Shown: positions 47,611 through 49,472 of the stretch, in pieces
How positions within the stretch are numbered: position 1 is the first letter of the stretch
Layout of the letters: each line of letters begins with the position of its first letter
Source of the DNA: Verrucomicrobiota bacterium
Lineage (GTDB): Bacteria; Verrucomicrobiota; Verrucomicrobiia; Limisphaerales; JBFMBT01
Direction: 5' to 3'
DNA length: 49,472 nt
Assembly (NCBI GenBank): GCA_040754875.1
Contig: JBFMBT010000003.1
Span: 1 to 49,472, forward strand
Notes under the pieces: generated by a model
Databases searched by the model: none
What the model was told of the DNA's origin: nothing
The model's input: the letters and a program-made list of their open reading frames with translations, nothing else
Position numbers and translations under genes: made by a program

Positions 47611-49472
47611 TTACACGGCTTCCGCGTCTTTGGCATGCGGGAATGGCTGGGCAAACCCCGGCGCGACGGCTGGCTGGCGCCCGTTCCGCTTGTCTTCGTC
47701 TGTCTGCGCCGGCGCTTCCGCATCGCGTAACACCGTGCGCGATCCCAGTTGCGGTTGATATTCGGGCACCACGCGTTTCAACGACTGCTTGATTTCGTCG
47801 GCTTTCAATTGATCCATTTGCGCGCCCAATTCCAGCACGCTGCGACGCACCTGTTCGAAGGGCAGAGGTTCGCAAACCAACTGCATGATCTTGGGGTGAC
47901 GAGTGGGCGCAATATGCTCCCCTTGATAGCTGAGTTCCTCGAATAATTTTTCGCCGGGGCGGAGCCCCGTGAACTCGATGCGAATGTCCTGGTCGGGTGT
48001 GAACCCGGAAAGCTCGATCAACTGCCGCGCCAGGTCCACAATCTTGACCGGCTTGCCCATGTCCAAGGTAAAAATCTCACCGCCGAATCCCATGGCGGCG
48101 CTTTGCAACACCAGGCCGACGGCCTCCGGAATGGTCATGAAGTAGCGGGTGACATCCGGGTGCGTGACTTTGACCGGTCCGCCCGCGGCGATCTGCTTGT
48201 TGAAAATCGGCACGACACTACCCGACGAACCAAGCACGTTGCCGAACCGCACCGCCATGAACCGCGTGGCTTCCGGATGGCTTTCGTAAAGCGATTGCAC
48301 GCACATTTCCGCCAATCGTTTGGTTGCCCCCATGACATTGGTCGGATTGATGGCTTTGTCGCTGGAAATGAGAACGAACCGGTCCGTCCCGTGCCGCACG
48401 CACGTTTCAGCCAGGCGCAAGGTGCCCAACGCGTTGTTTTTGACCGCCTCGCCCGGCTGCGATTCCATCATGGGCACGTGCTTGTGCGCGGCGGCGTGGA
48501 AGACGACCGCCGGCTGATACTGCCCGAAAACATGATCGAGCCGCGCTTCGTCCTGAATATTCGCGACAAGCGGGACAATCCGTTTGCCGTGGCCTGAATC
48601 AATCAGCTCCTGCTCGATTTGAAACAATTGCACCTCCGACTGCTCGACCAGCAACAGCGCGCGTGGTGAGTAGGCCGCGATTTGCCGGCACAACTCGCTG
48701 CCGATGCTCCCGCCGGCGCCCGTCACCATCACCACCCGGTCGCGCAGCAGGTTTTGAATGACGCTGGTGTCCAGGCGCACCTGTTCGCGGCCCAACAGAT
48801 CCTCGACATTCACGCTGCGCAACTGGCTGACCTTGGCCTGGCCGGTCGAAAGCTCGTAGATCGAGGGCACGGTGCTGAACTTGATCTTCAACTGCTGGAG
48901 GGTTCTGATGATCTCCGCCACACGACTGGCCGGCGCGCTGGGCATGGCGATGATCACCTCCTCCAGTTCCAGGTTCGCGTGGTCGTTCAGCAAAATCTCC
49001 GGTGCGCCCACCACGGGAATATTCAGCACGGACTTTCCCCATTTGAGCCGGTCGTCGTCGAAGAACGCCACCGCCTGCAACCCGAGGTCGCGACGGGCGG
49101 CGAACTCGTGCGCCAGGGCCGTGCCAACCAGACCCGCCCCGATGATGCCCGCGCGCCGCGCCCGTTGCCGCGGCGGACTGGCCGCGCGCTGGTTGGCGCG
49201 CGCATGGGCCTGGCGGAGCGCCAGGCGGATGGCCGTCAGCGCCAGGAGTGAAAAACTGAAGTCAATCAACACGACGCTTCGCGGTGGCGCGTAGGTCCAC
49301 CCCAAATGCGGAGAAAGACCGAACACGACAAACGTTGTGGTGAGCAGAATCCATAACAGCCGTGAAAAATCCGGCGCGCTGAAGTAACCGGGCAGCACAT
49401 CGAACTGGTGGAATCGCCAGAGGCAGAGCAGCTTGAAAATTATGACCCAAACAAACACGAGGGGAAACGTCC
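47611..49472 (-). CDS. CapD/PglF/WbpM-type membrane nucleoside-diphosphate-sugar 4,6-dehydratase (5'-partial; runs off the window)
   Basis: N-terminal TM helices, IIGAGLVG, VEDLLGRE, TGAGGSIGSEL, HAAAHKHVP, ISSDKAINPTNVMGATK, VRFGNVLGSSGSV and GLRPGEKLFEEL. The frame is open to the window edge. Confidence 0.95.
   Translation of the reverse strand, partial: TFPLVFVWVIIFKLLCLWRFHQFDVLPGYFSAPDFSRLLWILLTTTFVVFGLSPHLGWTYAPPRSVVLIDFSFSLLALTAIRLALRQAHARANQRAASPPRQRARRAGIIGAGLVGTALAHEFAARRDLGLQAVAFFDDDRLKWGKSVLNIPVVGAPEILLNDHANLELEEVIIAMPSAPASRVAEIIRTLQQLKIKFSTVPSIYELSTGQAKVSQLRSVNVEDLLGREQVRLDTSVIQNLLRDRVVMVTGAGGSIGSELCRQIAAYSPRALLLVEQSEVQLFQIEQELIDSGHGKRIVPLVANIQDEARLDHVFGQYQPAVVFHAAAHKHVPMMESQPGEAVKNNALGTLRLAETCVRHGTDRFVLISSDKAINPTNVMGATKRLAEMCVQSLYESHPEATRFMAVRFGNVLGSSGSVVPIFNKQIAAGGPVKVTHPDVTRYFMTIPEAVGLVLQSAAMGFGGEIFTLDMGKPVKIVDLARQLIELSGFTPDQDIRIEFTGLRPGEKLFEELSYQGEHIAPTRHPKIMQLVCEPLPFEQVRRSVLELGAQMDQLKADEIKQSLKRVVPEYQPQLGSRTVLRDAEAPAQTDEDKRNGRQPAVAPGFAQPFPHAKDAEAV

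Noticed and set aside
1-49472. Transposases, integrases, prophage genes, rRNA/tRNA, riboswitches
   Set aside because: None was recognisable by eye. A covariance-model search (Rfam/tRNAscan) would be needed to exclude small RNAs.

Overview
GC-rich bacterial DNA, most likely Verrucomicrobiota or another PVC lineage. This is inferred from the DUF1800/DUF1501/TIGR03067 genes, the Verrucomicrobia-style C-terminal domains on secreted proteins, and the abundant REP-like hairpins and heptamer repeats. The left half holds a secreted mono-heme (CxxCH) protein with a beta-trefoil lectin tail plus its partner gene, an S41 protease fusion, a GH63 / glycogen-debranching / glucose-dehydrogenase cluster, an ECF sigma with a redoxin, a frameshifted sodium:solute symporter, a DUF1800-DUF1501 pair and a truncated ThuA gene. 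The right half is a roughly 22 kb co-directional minus-strand run: CapD-like sugar dehydratase, GT4 glycosyltransferase, NRPS1 (C-A-T-C-A-T), NRPS2 (docking-C-A with inserted FkbM methyltransferase-T), an LLM monooxygenase-docking-atypical thioesterase fusion, a secreted beta-helix protein, a Calx-beta/PKD protein and a subtilase. A convergent paralogous beta-helix protein faces this run. The best candidate for an undescribed system is this NRPS line, predicted to make Val/Ile/Leu-Gly-Asp, sitting inside a polysaccharide locus. It may make a peptide decoration for an exopolysaccharide or matrix. At least two single-base frameshifts suggest indel errors in the assembly. I recognised no rRNA, tRNA, CRISPR array or transposase. 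All family calls are by motif recognition, not database search.
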